Virus record (IMG/VR): IMGVR_UViG_3300031823_000001
Coordinates: 1 to 64,000 of that record
From: a virus
DNA length: 64,000 nt
Reading direction: 5' to 3' (one strand)
In this document: positions 8,613 through 18,116 of the stretch, in pieces
Numbering within the stretch: the first letter of the stretch is position 1
How the letters are laid out: each line of letters opens with the position of its first letter
Notes under the pieces: generated by a model
Told to the model about the DNA's origin: nothing
What the model saw: only the letters and a program-made list of their open reading frames with translations
Database searches by the model: none
Translations under genes and position numbers: made by a program

Positions 8613-9157
8613 GGGAAGATCTCCTGTTCACCGCAGGACCGGCACAGGTAGGTCGTCCCCGGGGTGCACCAGGCTACGTCCAGCGGTACGCCGCACCCGT
8701 CGCACACCGACTTCACCGTCCGCGACCCGGCAGGCAGCTCCCCGGGGAGCACGTGCCCCGCCCTGGTGAGAGAACCGGAGCTGGTGAGGCGAGCCCTGGG
8801 CCAGGGCTCGCCGTTCATGCTGACGGTGCCCATCGCGACGGCGACCCGGAGAGCCTCCATGGCCGCGTCCCCGGGCGAAGCGTAGACCAGGCTGCCGTCC
8901 TCGCGGCGGCCGAACGGCACGCGCCCGTCGTCCGGGCCGGGCAGCTCCCGCTCGCGCCCGCTGCCTTCGAGGAGGGCAGAGGCGTTCCACACGGCCCATA
9001 CGGCCAGCGAGACACCCGACAGGATGAACACGGTCATGGTGGCCCAGTTGACCGCTCCCGCCGCCCACGCGGGGACCGGCAGCAGCGCCAGGAACTCCGT
9101 CAGGAAACTGATCAGGGCCCACTTCACTGCGTTGCGGCCAAGGGCCCGGCCCTTCAT
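8609..9157 (-). CDS. Membrane protein with C-terminal Zn ribbon
   Basis: Two TM segments; CDGC...CRSC. Confidence 0.55.
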   Translation of the reverse strand: MKGRALGRNAVKWALISFLTEFLALLPVPAWAAGAVNWATMTVFILSGVSLAVWAVWNASALLEGSGRERELPGPDDGRVPFGRREDGSLVYASPGDAAMEALRVAVAMGTVSMNGEPWPRARLTSSGSLTRAGHVLPGELPAGSRTVKSVCDGCGVPLDVAWCTPGTTYLCRSCGEQEIFP

Positions 9158-9393
9158 GACGGCTTCTCTTCCGGCCACCGGATCGTGATCTCAGTCGCCT
9201 TGTCGATCGTCGCGGTGACCTCGGCCGCACCGTCAGGCCTCAGGCCCAGCCGCTCCAGCATCGCCGCCCCGATGTAGGCGAGCAGGCTCCCGGTGCCGGC
9301 GAGCACCAGGCCCGGCTCGGATCCGCTGATGTCCGCCAGGACCTCGCCGATCGTGTAGTCGTCGAGTTCCCTCCGCACGTCCGGCGGGGTCAT
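9154..9393 (-). CDS. Hypothetical protein
   Basis: ATGA-coupled; MTPPDVRRELDD. Confidence 0.55.
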   Translation of the reverse strand: MTPPDVRRELDDYTIGEVLADISGSEPGLVLAGTGSLLAYIGAAMLERLGLRPDGAAEVTATIDKATEITIRWPEEKPS

Positions 9394-10004
9394 GCCGTGG
9401 GGTCCTTCTTCAGCCTCCACGTCCTGAAGCCGGCGTGCTCCAGCGTCCCGCTGGCCTCGCCCTCCTGGAGCCATGCGTGAAGCACCTCGCGGGACGACGG
9501 GCCGTGCCGTCCGCTCAGTGCCATGAGTTCGGCGGCCCTCAGCCCCTCCGGGTGCTTCGCGAGGTTCTCCAGGGCTATCTCCTGCCAGCGCAGGCGCCGG
9601 TCTTCCTGCGGCTGGCTCTTCAGCAGTACCAGCAGCCCGGTGATGGCGTCCTGGGCCGCCTGCACCAGCGGCTCGGTGTCCTCCAGCAGGTCCTCCGCGC
9701 AGGCAGCCCCTGAGCTCTCCAGCTTCTCCTTGGCCATGACCCACGACTCCACGGCGATCTGCGCCATCGCGGGGCTCGCGCAGATATCCGCCGCACGAGC
9801 CACGAACAGCGGCTGCGGTATACGCCGCACGTCGTTGTCCGACGCGTGCAGGTGCTCGGCCGCCGCCCACTTCGCTGCCTGCTCCCGCTCCTGCGTAGTC
9901 CAGGTGGCGATCACCTCGGCGGGGATCATCACCCCGGCGACCAGGCTGAGGATGTCAGCCAGGACCTCCGGGATTGTCTCGGTCTTTTCCGCTTCAGGAG
10001 GCAT
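9390..10004 (-). CDS. Hypothetical protein with C-terminal winged-helix-like region
   Basis: EGLRAAELMALSG...SSREVLHAWL...GTLEH..FRTWRL. Confidence 0.6.
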   Translation of the reverse strand: MPPEAEKTETIPEVLADILSLVAGVMIPAEVIATWTTQEREQAAKWAAAEHLHASDNDVRRIPQPLFVARAADICASPAMAQIAVESWVMAKEKLESSGAACAEDLLEDTEPLVQAAQDAITGLLVLLKSQPQEDRRLRWQEIALENLAKHPEGLRAAELMALSGRHGPSSREVLHAWLQEGEASGTLEHAGFRTWRLKKDPTA

Positions 10005-10527
10005 CTGACTTTCCCTCTCCCGTCGTCCACTTGCCGAACGCCCTGTGCGCCGCGCCTGACTTCAGCCAGGTCTCGTAGGCGTCGGTCTCTTCTGGCGTCC
10101 CGAAGCGCAGCTCAAGGTAGCGCCTGTGCTCCTGGAAGCCGGGCCACTGCACGGTGACTGCGGGGCCCGGCCCGGCGATAATCCCGTCGGCCTCCTGCGT
10201 GCCCTCGTCCCGTCCGGGGGCGCTCAGGCCCCACGACTCGCGGATGAATTCCAGGGCCTCGTCTATGTCTGCCGCCCTGCACTCGCGGGGTGCGTCCTGG
10301 CTGTTGGAGTGCTGGACCTGGGTGCTCGCCCAGATCTCTCCGTCCGCCTCGCGCAGGTGCACCCTGAGCTGCGGGGCCGCGTACTTCCCGAACCCGCTTA
10401 CGTCGCCTCCGCCTTCGTTGAGTACCGCCGCCTCGCGGGCGGTGAGCGGCCGGTCGCCCCAGGCGAGAATGACATCGCCTTCCCTCCACGGGGGAGCCGG
10501 GGCTGTCCTGCCTTCTCCTGCGTCCAC
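9994..10527 (-). CDS. Hypothetical protein
   Basis: Coupled ORF in the operon. Confidence 0.5.
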   Translation of the reverse strand: MDAGEGRTAPAPPWREGDVILAWGDRPLTAREAAVLNEGGGDVSGFGKYAAPQLRVHLREADGEIWASTQVQHSNSQDAPRECRAADIDEALEFIRESWGLSAPGRDEGTQEADGIIAGPGPAVTVQWPGFQEHRRYLELRFGTPEETDAYETWLKSGAAHRAFGKWTTGEGKSDAS

Positions 10528-10925
10528 TACGCCATCTCCCTCCGCAGGCGCTCAGCCTGCGCCCGTCCCTTGCGCTGCACCCGGGGCGAGGAGGAGCCGC
10601 AGAGACCGCACGAGTACTCGCCGCCCAGGGCCCACCACACCGGCCTGTGGGGGTGCGGCACCAGCCGCCACGGAGCTGTCGTCATGTTGAGCCGCAGCTC
10701 CGTCGCCCAGGCCCGCGCGAACGTCCGGTACTTCACCCGTCCTCCAGGTGTATCGTCTATCCCGACGAGAATACCAATAAAGCCTGTATTCCAGCTATGT
10801 TCTCGCAGCCATTTCCGGCATTCGCACCGGCAGCAGTACGTCGAGAACGCGTAGTGATCGTGCAGCCGCCGCTCGTGCCCGCATCCCGGCCTGCGGCAGC
10901 GCCTCGTGTCCTGGCTCGGCTTCAC
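10527..10925 (-). CDS. Cys-rich hypothetical protein; probably has a second start (GTG 10736) behind an internal promoter motif
   Basis: ORF track; GGAGG before GTG AAG TAC. Confidence 0.45.
   Translation of the reverse strand: MKPSQDTRRCRRPGCGHERRLHDHYAFSTYCCRCECRKWLREHSWNTGFIGILVGIDDTPGGRVKYRTFARAWATELRLNMTTAPWRLVPHPHRPVWWALGGEYSCGLCGSSSPRVQRKGRAQAERLRREMA
10771..10788 (-). promoter_or_regulatory. 18-bp phage promoter/operator motif
   Basis: Minus strand TACAGGCTTTATTGGTAT with -10-like TATTCT. Confidence 0.65.
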
Positions 10926-10946
10926 GCGGCCATGTAACCACGCCGG

Positions 10947-11516
10947 TCACCCGATCCGCCTGATCACTACGAACGCGCCCTCGGCGCTCTCCCCGGGGCG
11001 CACCTCGAACGACCCGGCGTCCAGCAGCGCGATGGCATGCCCCGGGACGGTCTCGGCGAACTGCTTGCGGCTCCAGTCCCAGCGCTCCTGAGCCCACCCG
11101 GCGTCCACCGGCACGCTCAGCCCCCCGCCGTACAGGAACAGCACCGTGTCTCCCTCCAGCGCCCACGCCCCGCCGGCCTCCACGGCCGTCAGCGGGCCGA
11201 ACTCCCGGTCCGCCTCCTCCAGCGGCTGCACGCGCCACTTGTCGCCCATCTTCGCCCTGGCCGTCGCGTCGTAGCAGAACACCAGGCCGCTGCCGGGACC
11301 GCCCGCCTCCAGCCACGGGTAGCCCGCACGGTCGAGCCAGACGCCGGGCGGCGCTTCCTGCCGCTCCCCGTTCTCGGGCTCCAGCAGGTCCGTCCGGAAC
11401 CAGTCGAGCGTCCCGTTGTCGAACTGCACCCTCGCCCTGCCCGCCTCGGGGATCACCGCGACCACCTCGCCGTGGAGTTTCCCCGCGTAAACGACGCGCA
11501 TGCCCTCTTCGATCAC
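10947..11516 (-). CDS. Hypothetical protein with N-terminal SH3/KOW-like barrel
   Basis: GMRVVY...GEVVAV....ARVQFDNG....F....L. Confidence 0.55.
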   Translation of the reverse strand: MIEEGMRVVYAGKLHGEVVAVIPEAGRARVQFDNGTLDWFRTDLLEPENGERQEAPPGVWLDRAGYPWLEAGGPGSGLVFCYDATARAKMGDKWRVQPLEEADREFGPLTAVEAGGAWALEGDTVLFLYGGGLSVPVDAGWAQERWDWSRKQFAETVPGHAIALLDAGSFEVRPGESAEGAFVVIRRIG

Positions 11517-11523
11517 CTACAGT

Positions 11524-11802
11524 TCACCGCCGTACCCCGAACGCGAACGGGTTCCGGATCTCCATCGGGACCCTCGACCAGTCGATCGTGAGAACGGTGA
11601 CGGTCCCGTCTGTGCTGATCGTCGCCTCCTCCTCGGTGAGGTTCTCGATCAGCAGGTCGAGCACCTCCGACAGCGCGATTCGCCTGCTGTCTACGTGGGT
11701 GATGCCTGCCGTGCGCGGCGGCAGCTTCCAGTAGGTGCTCAGCCGGAACGACACGGGCGCCTGGACGCGCTCCTGTGCCTGCTCTGTGGGTGACTCGCTC
11801 AT
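11524..11802 (-). CDS. Hypothetical protein
   Basis: AGGAG RBS; MSESPTEQAQ. Confidence 0.55.
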   Translation of the reverse strand: MSESPTEQAQERVQAPVSFRLSTYWKLPPRTAGITHVDSRRIALSEVLDLLIENLTEEEATISTDGTVTVLTIDWSRVPMEIRNPFAFGVRR

Positions 11803-12203
11803 GTTGCTCTCCTGTTCAGGTCGTACGTCTGGGTTTGCAGCGCTGCCACGGCGAGGCCCGCAGGGTTCTGCGCCCCCTGGGCGATGAGCGCCAGCACCGC
11901 CCGGTAAAGCTCGTCTTCCATCGCCAGCGCCCGGTCCGGCTCCTTCACCGAATGGGCGGCGACCCGCCGCACCATCTCCAGGACGTGCTTCACTGCCGCC
12001 GCCCCGTCGCCCAGGATGCGCCCGCCGGACAGCAGGTAGACGGTGACCGACCCGCCGCCGGTCCGCTCGGAAGTCTTGTCGATCGCCATCGTCGCGTGGT
12101 TCTTGCAGGCGTGCGCCGCCGGGGATTCCGGGACATCCCGGGTGACCAGGTACAGCGCCCCCGAGTGGCAGAAGTCGCACGCCGGGCCGTCACCCCGGGC
12201 CAT
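11799..12203 (-). CDS. Hypothetical protein (CDFC...CKNH)
   Basis: Coupled ORF. Confidence 0.55.
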   Translation of the reverse strand: MARGDGPACDFCHSGALYLVTRDVPESPAAHACKNHATMAIDKTSERTGGGSVTVYLLSGGRILGDGAAAVKHVLEMVRRVAAHSVKEPDRALAMEDELYRAVLALIAQGAQNPAGLAVAALQTQTYDLNRRAT

Positions 12204-12417
12204 AGACGCCCGCCTCGCGGAGCCCGTCTATCTCGTTCAGGCACCTGACGGCAGCGTCCCGGTGGCTCAGGGTCGCCAGGAAGAGGCGGTGCCGCTGCCA
12301 GAACGCCAGCCAGGGCGTCTGGGCGTGCAGGTCCAGGCATTCCTCCATCAGGCTGAACTGGTACTCGGATTCCGCCAGCAGCGCCTCGACCTGGCCGAGG
12401 ACCTCGTCCCTGTTCAC
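12190..12417 (-). CDS. Hypothetical protein
   Basis: Coupled ORF. Confidence 0.5.
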   Translation of the reverse strand: MNRDEVLGQVEALLAESEYQFSLMEECLDLHAQTPWLAFWQRHRLFLATLSHRDAAVRCLNEIDGLREAGVYGPG

Positions 12418-12818
12418 CGGCAGTTCCCGTTGTGCGGGCAGTGCTGGCAGCAGCAGCCGTCCGGGTAGTCCTCGTTGTGCGCGGTGACCTCTGTGATGCC
12501 GTTGACGCCGCGCGCCAGGTAGTAGGCCACTTCGTCCGCCAGCCGGTCGTCCACCTTCACCAGCAGGTACGTCGTCTGGCGGGCGGCCAGCTCGGCGCGG
12601 CCCGCGTCGGTGACCGCGTAGGTCGCTCCCCGGCCGTCGCGGCTGACCTTCATGAAGCCGGCGCGGGCCAGGAGGCTGGCCATCGCCGCGACCCGCTGGC
12701 TGGAGGTGCCGAGCATCCTGGCGGCTTCCTTCGGGGTGACGTCCGGGCCGCCGTACGACTCGACGATGCGCATCAGGTTGCGGTCCTCGCTGGTGAACCC
12801 GTCGCTGTTCCCGCTCAC
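12414..12818 (-). CDS. Winged helix-turn-helix (MarR-like) DNA-binding protein
   Basis: VTPKEAARMLGTSSQRVAAMASLLARAGFM...DGR...YAVTDAGRAEL. Confidence 0.75.
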   Translation of the reverse strand: MSGNSDGFTSEDRNLMRIVESYGGPDVTPKEAARMLGTSSQRVAAMASLLARAGFMKVSRDGRGATYAVTDAGRAELAARQTTYLLVKVDDRLADEVAYYLARGVNGITEVTAHNEDYPDGCCCQHCPHNGNCR

Positions 12819-13054
12819 CGCATTGCCCTCTCCCCGGCCCACAGCACCGCCTCGGTCTCGGGGTCCACGACGTAGAGCTGGGTGCCCGTCCCTGCCTCGT
12901 GGTTCGCTACCTGGATGGCGATCTCCAGGGTGAAGGTCTTCAGGCTGTGCCCTGCCCTGTCCAGCCTGAACTTGTCGCCGTCGGCGTAGCGAAGTTCGTA
13001 CTGCTTGTCGTTGGGGGACCTGGTGACCCGGACCGGGCCGCCGAAGATGCTCAT
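12815..13054 (-). CDS. Hypothetical protein
   Basis: Coupled ORF. Confidence 0.5.
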   Translation of the reverse strand: MSIFGGPVRVTRSPNDKQYELRYADGDKFRLDRAGHSLKTFTLEIAIQVANHEAGTGTQLYVVDPETEAVLWAGERAMR

Positions 13055-13248
13055 CGGACTTCCTCTCCGTCGCTCAGTGCAGCCGCTGGGCGACGAGCAC
13101 GAGCAGCGTGATCACGGCGGCGTTGAACAGGAGGGTGAAGACCGCCACCCCGGGGGTGACCGGCTTGCGCGGCTTCCCGGTAAAGGCGATCGTCGCGACC
13201 ACGTCTGCGGCCAGCCAGCCGGTGAGTGCGTACAGGAACCAGACCATT

Positions 13249-13473
13249 TCAGATCTCTCCTCGGGGTGCGTCGGGAAGGGCCGCCACGTAGGCGGCCCTG
13301 GTGCGCCAGTGGATGCCGCACGTGTTGCAGCGGACCAGCGAGTAGTCGCTGGGGGTGAAGTGGTAGCCGTTGAAGGCGCTGTAGTTGCCGTAGCGGACTA
13401 CGACGTCCCAGGTCGTCTTGTGGGCCTTGTCGGTGCAGGCGTACTTGCGCGGGGGCTCGTAGATGCGCGGCAT
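13249..13473 (-). CDS. Small phage protein (Zn-binding)
   Basis: NYSAFNGYHFTPSDYSLVRCNTCG..WRT. Confidence 0.65.
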   Translation of the reverse strand: MPRIYEPPRKYACTDKAHKTTWDVVVRYGNYSAFNGYHFTPSDYSLVRCNTCGIHWRTRAAYVAALPDAPRGEI

Positions 13474-13682
13474 AACACGACCACCTCGACGAAGTCGGAG
13501 GTGGTCGGCACCGCCGTATCGTCCCCGTCACGGCAGAGGACGATGTGGCGGTGATTCGTGCAGCCCGGGTACTCCGGCAGGATCTCCGTCACGGTCGCGG
13601 TGTACGCGGTGCCGTCCCACCAGGCCTCGACGCGGCTGCCGGCGGCGAGCGGGGTCCCCCGGCAGTCGGTTACCTCGCTCAT
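13398..13682 (-). CDS. Hypothetical protein (SH3/Tudor-like barrel)
   Basis: DCRGTPLAAGSRVEAWWDG..YTATV. Confidence 0.5.
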   Translation of the reverse strand: MSEVTDCRGTPLAAGSRVEAWWDGTAYTATVTEILPEYPGCTNHRHIVLCRDGDDTAVPTTSDFVEVVVLCRASTSPRASTPAPTRPTRRPGTS

Positions 13683-13915
13683 ACGATCACCTCGACGAAT
13701 GGCTCCGCCGCCCCGGTGAAGTGCGGCAGCCCTGCCCCGCGCCCGATGACGCCCCAGTCCACTCGCCTCACCTGCATGAACCCGTCGGTGTGCAGGCCCG
13801 GCACGGGCTCGGTGCCGCGCGGGTGGTGGATGTAGTCGCCTGGCCGGGGCACCGGCCCGTCGTAGTCCCGCACATCGGCGACGAGCATGTTGCCCTCGGT
13901 GATGATAAGCCTCAT
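13679..13915 (-). CDS. Hypothetical protein
   Basis: PVPRPGDYI motif; coupled. Confidence 0.55.
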   Translation of the reverse strand: MRLIITEGNMLVADVRDYDGPVPRPGDYIHHPRGTEPVPGLHTDGFMQVRRVDWGVIGRGAGLPHFTGAAEPFVEVIV

Positions 13916-13916
13916 G

Positions 13917-14111
13917 TCACTCTCCCTCTTCGAGCAGCGCGTCCAGCATGGAGCCGCCGCTGAACAGCAGGTCGCAGAACACGTCGTCGGCCGGTTCGAC
14001 GTGGTGCCAGTTCCCGTCCTCGCCCGCGTAGACGGGGAACCCGCACCTCTTGTGCACGAAGATGTCGGCGCCTTCGTCGATGTCGGCGCCTTCGTCCGCC
14101 CCGGTGCTCAT
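13917..14111 (-). CDS. Small hypothetical protein
   Basis: DEGADI x2 duplication; HKRC...WHH. Confidence 0.5.
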   Translation of the reverse strand: MSTGADEGADIDEGADIFVHKRCGFPVYAGEDGNWHHVEPADDVFCDLLFSGGSMLDALLEEGE

Positions 14112-14371
14112 GCGATCACCTGGAGGTACGGGACGGTGTCCGCCTGGAGGGATACGACGATGGCCGGGACCTTGATCACCGGCTGGCCGTCTTCTTCGGC
14201 GACGAGGACGATCTCGTCGCCTTCCCTGATCAGGGCGGTCACTGTCCGCCAGTGGGCCGGGGTGATGGGAATGTCGAAGTCGCCCGGGATGCCCTCCTGT
14301 CCCCGTGCGACGATGATCATGGCGTCGGCTACGGGAACGTAGATAGGGACGATCGGGGCTGCGGCTTCCAT
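14108..14371 (-). CDS. Hypothetical protein
   Basis: Coupled ORF. Confidence 0.5.
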   Translation of the reverse strand: MEAAAPIVPIYVPVADAMIIVARGQEGIPGDFDIPITPAHWRTVTALIREGDEIVLVAEEDGQPVIKVPAIVVSLQADTVPYLQVIA

Positions 14372-14595
14372 CAGTTCACCTCCACCGTGATCGTCCAGTC
14401 GTGGCCGGCCTCGATGACGGTGCAGGGAACTTCCCTGCCGTCTACTTCGAGTACCGCCTGCACCCCGGGGAGTGCTTCTGTGATCACGTCCCAGGCGCCC
14501 CGGTAATGCGGGAGCGTCGCGGTTATCTCGCCCGGCCCGGTCTGGGCGAGGCTGGCCCTGAAGCCGAAGACCCCGATGCTGATCCTGTCCGCCAT
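14371..14595 (-). CDS. Hypothetical protein (paralog of next gene)
   Basis: RISIG...DVITEALPG. Confidence 0.55.
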   Translation of the reverse strand: MADRISIGVFGFRASLAQTGPGEITATLPHYRGAWDVITEALPGVQAVLEVDGREVPCTVIEAGHDWTITVEVN

Positions 14596-14816
14596 CAGAA
14601 CTCGACCACCGTTACGTAGTCGCCGGGGTCGGTGGCCCGGATGCGGCCCTCGTACGCCGCCCCGGCGATCGTGACGGTCACTGCCGCCCCGGGGACGGCC
14701 CTGGTGATGAAGTCCAGTACGTCCGTGGTGGGGAGCAGCTCGCAGACAAGCTCGGAGTCCAGTGCTCCCCTGACCCGGGCCAGGACTTCAGAGTCCCCGA
14801 TCTTGATTCTTGCCAT
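14595..14816 (-). CDS. Hypothetical protein (paralog of previous gene)
   Basis: GGAGG RBS; RIKIG...DFITRAVPG. Confidence 0.6.
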   Translation of the reverse strand: MARIKIGDSEVLARVRGALDSELVCELLPTTDVLDFITRAVPGAAVTVTIAGAAYEGRIRATDPGDYVTVVEF

Positions 14817-14855
14817 CGGTGCCTCCCGGCGCTCGGTTTCCTTGCAAGCCCAGGA

Positions 14856-14873
14856 TACAGCTTTTCTTGATAA
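14856..14873 (-). promoter_or_regulatory. 18-bp phage promoter/operator motif
   Basis: Minus strand TTATCAAGAAAAGCTGTA leading into -10-like TATCCT. Confidence 0.8.
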
Positions 14874-15021
14874 AGCCAAAGGGGTTAGGTGAATTACAGG
14901 CTCTCCAGCCAGCCGTGCACCCGATCGACGTGCTCCTGCGTCAGGCCCGTCGCCCGGTCCACGATTTCCAGCCGCTCCTGCCGGGCAAACTGGCCGGCGC
15001 GGACCGTGCTGTGTATCTCGG

Positions 15022-15807
15022 TCACCGTCTTTCTCCTTCGTCGCAGGGGACGACCTGGTCCCCTTCCATCCGGATCTGCGGCGCCTCGGCGCAGCGGCGC
15101 ATCGGGTAGCAGGAGAACACCATCTGCGGGCCGTCCGGCCCATCCCACTTCGCCAGCCACGACGGGTGCTCGGGAGTAGGCCGCATGCGCCAGTCGCCCC
15201 GCACCCGCTCCATGGTGACGGCCGCGCTCACCGGGACGATGCCTGCGCCGGCCAGCCGGTCCTTCAGCAGGAGGCTGACCGGCGTGTAGGCAGCTCCCCG
15301 GCGGGGCGCCGGGCACGGCGGGACGCGGCCGGTGCTCCAGGGGCCGTCAGGCTCCAGGCGCGTCTCCCAGCGGGTCAGGCCCCGGGGCGTGGCGAGCCTG
15401 GCCCCGGCCGCTCCGCACAGCCCGCAGGTCCGTGTGAGGGCCGTCTGCGGGTCACCGTCGTGCTTCCAGGAGTGGTTCACCTCAGCCATCCGTATGTCAT
15501 GGCAGGATTTTATCAATAAAGGTTGTATTGCGGAAGCCGCTGTATCGCATGCCTGCCCGCAGCCCGTGCACTTCCAGTAGTGCGTCGTCCTGCCCTCCAC
15601 GGTCACCGGGGCCCGGCAGCAGGCCGACAGGTCCTCGGTGACCTCGTAGCGGACCGGCTCGCACTCCCTCATGCACTCAGTGCACCGCGTCCTGGCAGGA
15701 GAAGCCGACCTGTCCGCGAAGACCGCCGCCTCGCAGCAGTCTGAGGCGATGCAGATCTTTATCCCCGCGTACAGCGGCTCGTCCGCTTCCATGCGCCGCA
15801 GGATCAC
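15022..15807 (-). CDS. Cys-rich hypothetical protein(s); internal start at 15489 likely
   Basis: Repeated SxCC.A...CxxC...C modules; motif copy at 15510 lies inside the frame. Confidence 0.45.
   Translation of the reverse strand: MILRRMEADEPLYAGIKICIASDCCEAAVFADRSASPARTRCTECMRECEPVRYEVTEDLSACCRAPVTVEGRTTHYWKCTGCGQACDTAASAIQPLLIKSCHDIRMAEVNHSWKHDGDPQTALTRTCGLCGAAGARLATPRGLTRWETRLEPDGPWSTGRVPPCPAPRRGAAYTPVSLLLKDRLAGAGIVPVSAAVTMERVRGDWRMRPTPEHPSWLAKWDGPDGPQMVFSCYPMRRCAEAPQIRMEGDQVVPCDEGERR
15510..15527 (-). promoter_or_regulatory. 18-bp phage promoter/operator motif
   Basis: Minus strand TACAACCTTTATTGATAA with -10-like TAAAAT. Confidence 0.7.
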
Positions 15808-16296
15808 TGCGCCCCCTCCTAGCTCTCGGCTGCCCGGGACGTCCCGACCGCATGGCAGCGAGGGCACCCGACGCGCTTCCCGGACCTGTAGCGCCTGGCG
15901 TGCCCCGCGCACAGGAACGCAAGGCTCCTGTACCCGCAGGCCGTGCAGGTGACCGACATCCTCACCGCAGATGGCAGCCCGCACCGCAGGCCCGGCCATG
16001 ACGCCCTGAGCCGGCCACGGAGCAGCAGCTTCGCGACCCAGCGGGCCCTGCACGGCGGAGCGCCCTCGGCGTCGATCCCGTCCAGCGCCTCGATGACCGC
16101 CTCGACCGCCGTCGCGCTCACGGCTGCTCCGGTTCTGCGTAGAAGAACAGGACAGCTACGTCGTAGCAGCTTCCGTTGAGCGGGATGCCTACCGCCTGGC
16201 AGGCCCAGTCGTATATGTAAGAGCGCGCGGTTCCGAGATCGAATCTCTGCACCCACTTACGCTGGACCAGTTGGCCGCCGGTGCTTGCCGTGATTA

Positions 16297-17136
16297 TCAC
16301 GAGCCATTCCATGCCGGTCTTTCCTGTTCCTCGATGAAAACTGTCCACTGCTCTGCCATCGCCCTTGCCAGCCCCGGCAGCGTCCGGTTGCGCTCCCGCT
16401 GCCGGTGGACCCGGCCGTGGCGGTCCTCGTGGCCGCTGGCGAACTCCTTGTCGCGGCCCTGCTTCATGTCCACCCGCCAGCTCCCGCCGCCGGTCGCCAC
16501 GCGCCCGTGAGGGTTGACAGGGCGGTCGGCATACAGCAGCGGCAGGTTCTTCAGCCACAGCCCGGTGGCCTTGATCAGCGGGTCGCCGAACATGTGCGGC
16601 TGCACGTACTGGTCCGGCGGCCGGTAGCGGCGGCTCATGTCGCCGCGCGGGTTCTCCACCGCCACGTAGCGGGCAGGGGCGTTCACCATCTTCATGAAGA
16701 ACCACGCCGCGTAGTCCTGGACGGAGAAGAACTCGTCCTCCGGGATCTCCGGCGGCCTGACGTCCGAGGGCGTGGCGCGCTTCGTCTTCCACCACACCGC
16801 GCCCGCCTGCGACAGGTGCGTGCACGGCGGGAACAGGAACGCCGCGTCCCACAGCGGTACCGGGTCTTCCCGCAGTATCCCGGCCACGTCGCGCTCCCGC
16901 TTGCGCCGGGCGTTGACCGGGTGGTCCCAGTCGAACAAGTCGAGTACGTCGCCCTGGTAGTGCCGGGCCGACCCGGTCATCCCGGACCACCGGCTCAGCG
17001 GATCGGCGATGAAGTCCCGGTCGGGCGACTCCGACGGCAGCACGTCAGCCGACACGGCCTCCCACCCGCGCCTCGCGAACTCGTCCCGCACCTTGGCGGA
17101 GCACTCGCACCCGGCCAGCACCCTGCGCTTAGGCAT
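16297..17136 (-). CDS. DNA (cytosine-5) methyltransferase, short phage type
   Basis: VLAGCECS, SAD, YQGDV, FPPC (catalytic PC), VENP, QPHMFG...K.T.LW, R..T..G.A.AMAEQW. Confidence 0.85.
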   Translation of the reverse strand: MPKRRVLAGCECSAKVRDEFARRGWEAVSADVLPSESPDRDFIADPLSRWSGMTGSARHYQGDVLDLFDWDHPVNARRKRERDVAGILREDPVPLWDAAFLFPPCTHLSQAGAVWWKTKRATPSDVRPPEIPEDEFFSVQDYAAWFFMKMVNAPARYVAVENPRGDMSRRYRPPDQYVQPHMFGDPLIKATGLWLKNLPLLYADRPVNPHGRVATGGGSWRVDMKQGRDKEFASGHEDRHGRVHRQRERNRTLPGLARAMAEQWTVFIEEQERPAWNGS

Positions 17137-17503
17137 CGCGGTCCTCTTGCTCCAGCCCGAATACGTGCCCGATGCCCAGGCGCACGGCAAGCTCGTAGTT
17201 ACGGGCCTGCCCGCCTGGCTCGACGGTACTTTCCAGTGAGATCCCGTCCCGTACGCAGACAGCCTCAAGGACTGCCCGAAGCAGGTCTTCTTCAACGCGC
17301 ATCCGGATGTGCTCGCTGAGGCTTCCGCCCCGCATCAGCGTCAGGTTCTCCGGGAGCGTGGCCACCGGCTGATGGCCGCGCATGTAACGGACGTACACGT
17401 ACTTGCGGCCGACAGAGTCGATGACCCCCTCTTCCTCGTCGCCGGGGACCGCCGAGTAGACGACGTGCTCGCAGATGCTGTCACGGGCCTCGTCGAGCGT
17501 CAC
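17129..17503 (-). CDS. Hypothetical protein
   Basis: MTLDEAR...EEGVI.SV...YVYVRY...ATLPENL. Confidence 0.55.
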   Translation of the reverse strand: MTLDEARDSICEHVVYSAVPGDEEEGVIDSVGRKYVYVRYMRGHQPVATLPENLTLMRGGSLSEHIRMRVEEDLLRAVLEAVCVRDGISLESTVEPGGQARNYELAVRLGIGHVFGLEQEDRDA

Positions 17504-17799
17504 TGGTCCTCCGCCCGGGTGAAGTCCTGCTCGTAGTAGATGAAACGGCGCTTCCACGACTCGATGACGAGCCGGGTGCGTCTCTCCAGGGTGTCGCCGC
17601 CCTGCGCCAGGTGCCGGTGCTCGGAGGTGACCTCCCGGCTGATCTTCAGCCTCCACCACCAGCCGCTCTCCGGGTCGGTGAACCGGCCGAAATCCGCCTC
17701 GGCGAGGACGCCGCCCTCAGGGAGCGTCTCTGCGGCGGCGGTCACCGCCTGGGCCAGGGCATCCTCTGCGGTGGGGCACGGGGGCTTCCCGGTCGTCAT
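17500..17799 (-). CDS. Hypothetical protein
   Basis: ATGA-coupled; MTTGKPPCP. Confidence 0.5.
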   Translation of the reverse strand: MTTGKPPCPTAEDALAQAVTAAAETLPEGGVLAEADFGRFTDPESGWWWRLKISREVTSEHRHLAQGGDTLERRTRLVIESWKRRFIYYEQDFTRAEDQ

Positions 17800-18116
17800 T
17801 CGTCCTCCTCGCCCGGCGGTTCTACCTCGTCGAATCCGCCGAGCCGCTCGTAGATCCGGATCAGGTTGGTCGCGTGGCCGTAGTGATCGTAGAAGCCACG
17901 GCACAGCGCCGGGCCGAAGTCCGGGTGCGGCCCGTAGGTGAGGGTCTCGTGGCAGGTAATGCCCTGGCCCCGCACCCCCGTCTCGATCATGGACTTCAGC
18001 CGGCCTGGGCGCAGGTCCATCGGGTTGCCCGGCCGCAGGACGCACGTCGCGCACTGCTCGCTGAGCAGGCGCGGCACCCCTCCCCCGCGAGGCAGGTACG
18101 ACTGCTCCTCGCTCAC
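17796..18116 (-). CDS. Cys-rich hypothetical protein
   Basis: CATCVLRPGN...CHET...LCRGF. Confidence 0.6.
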   Translation of the reverse strand: MSEEQSYLPRGGGVPRLLSEQCATCVLRPGNPMDLRPGRLKSMIETGVRGQGITCHETLTYGPHPDFGPALCRGFYDHYGHATNLIRIYERLGGFDEVEPPGEEDE

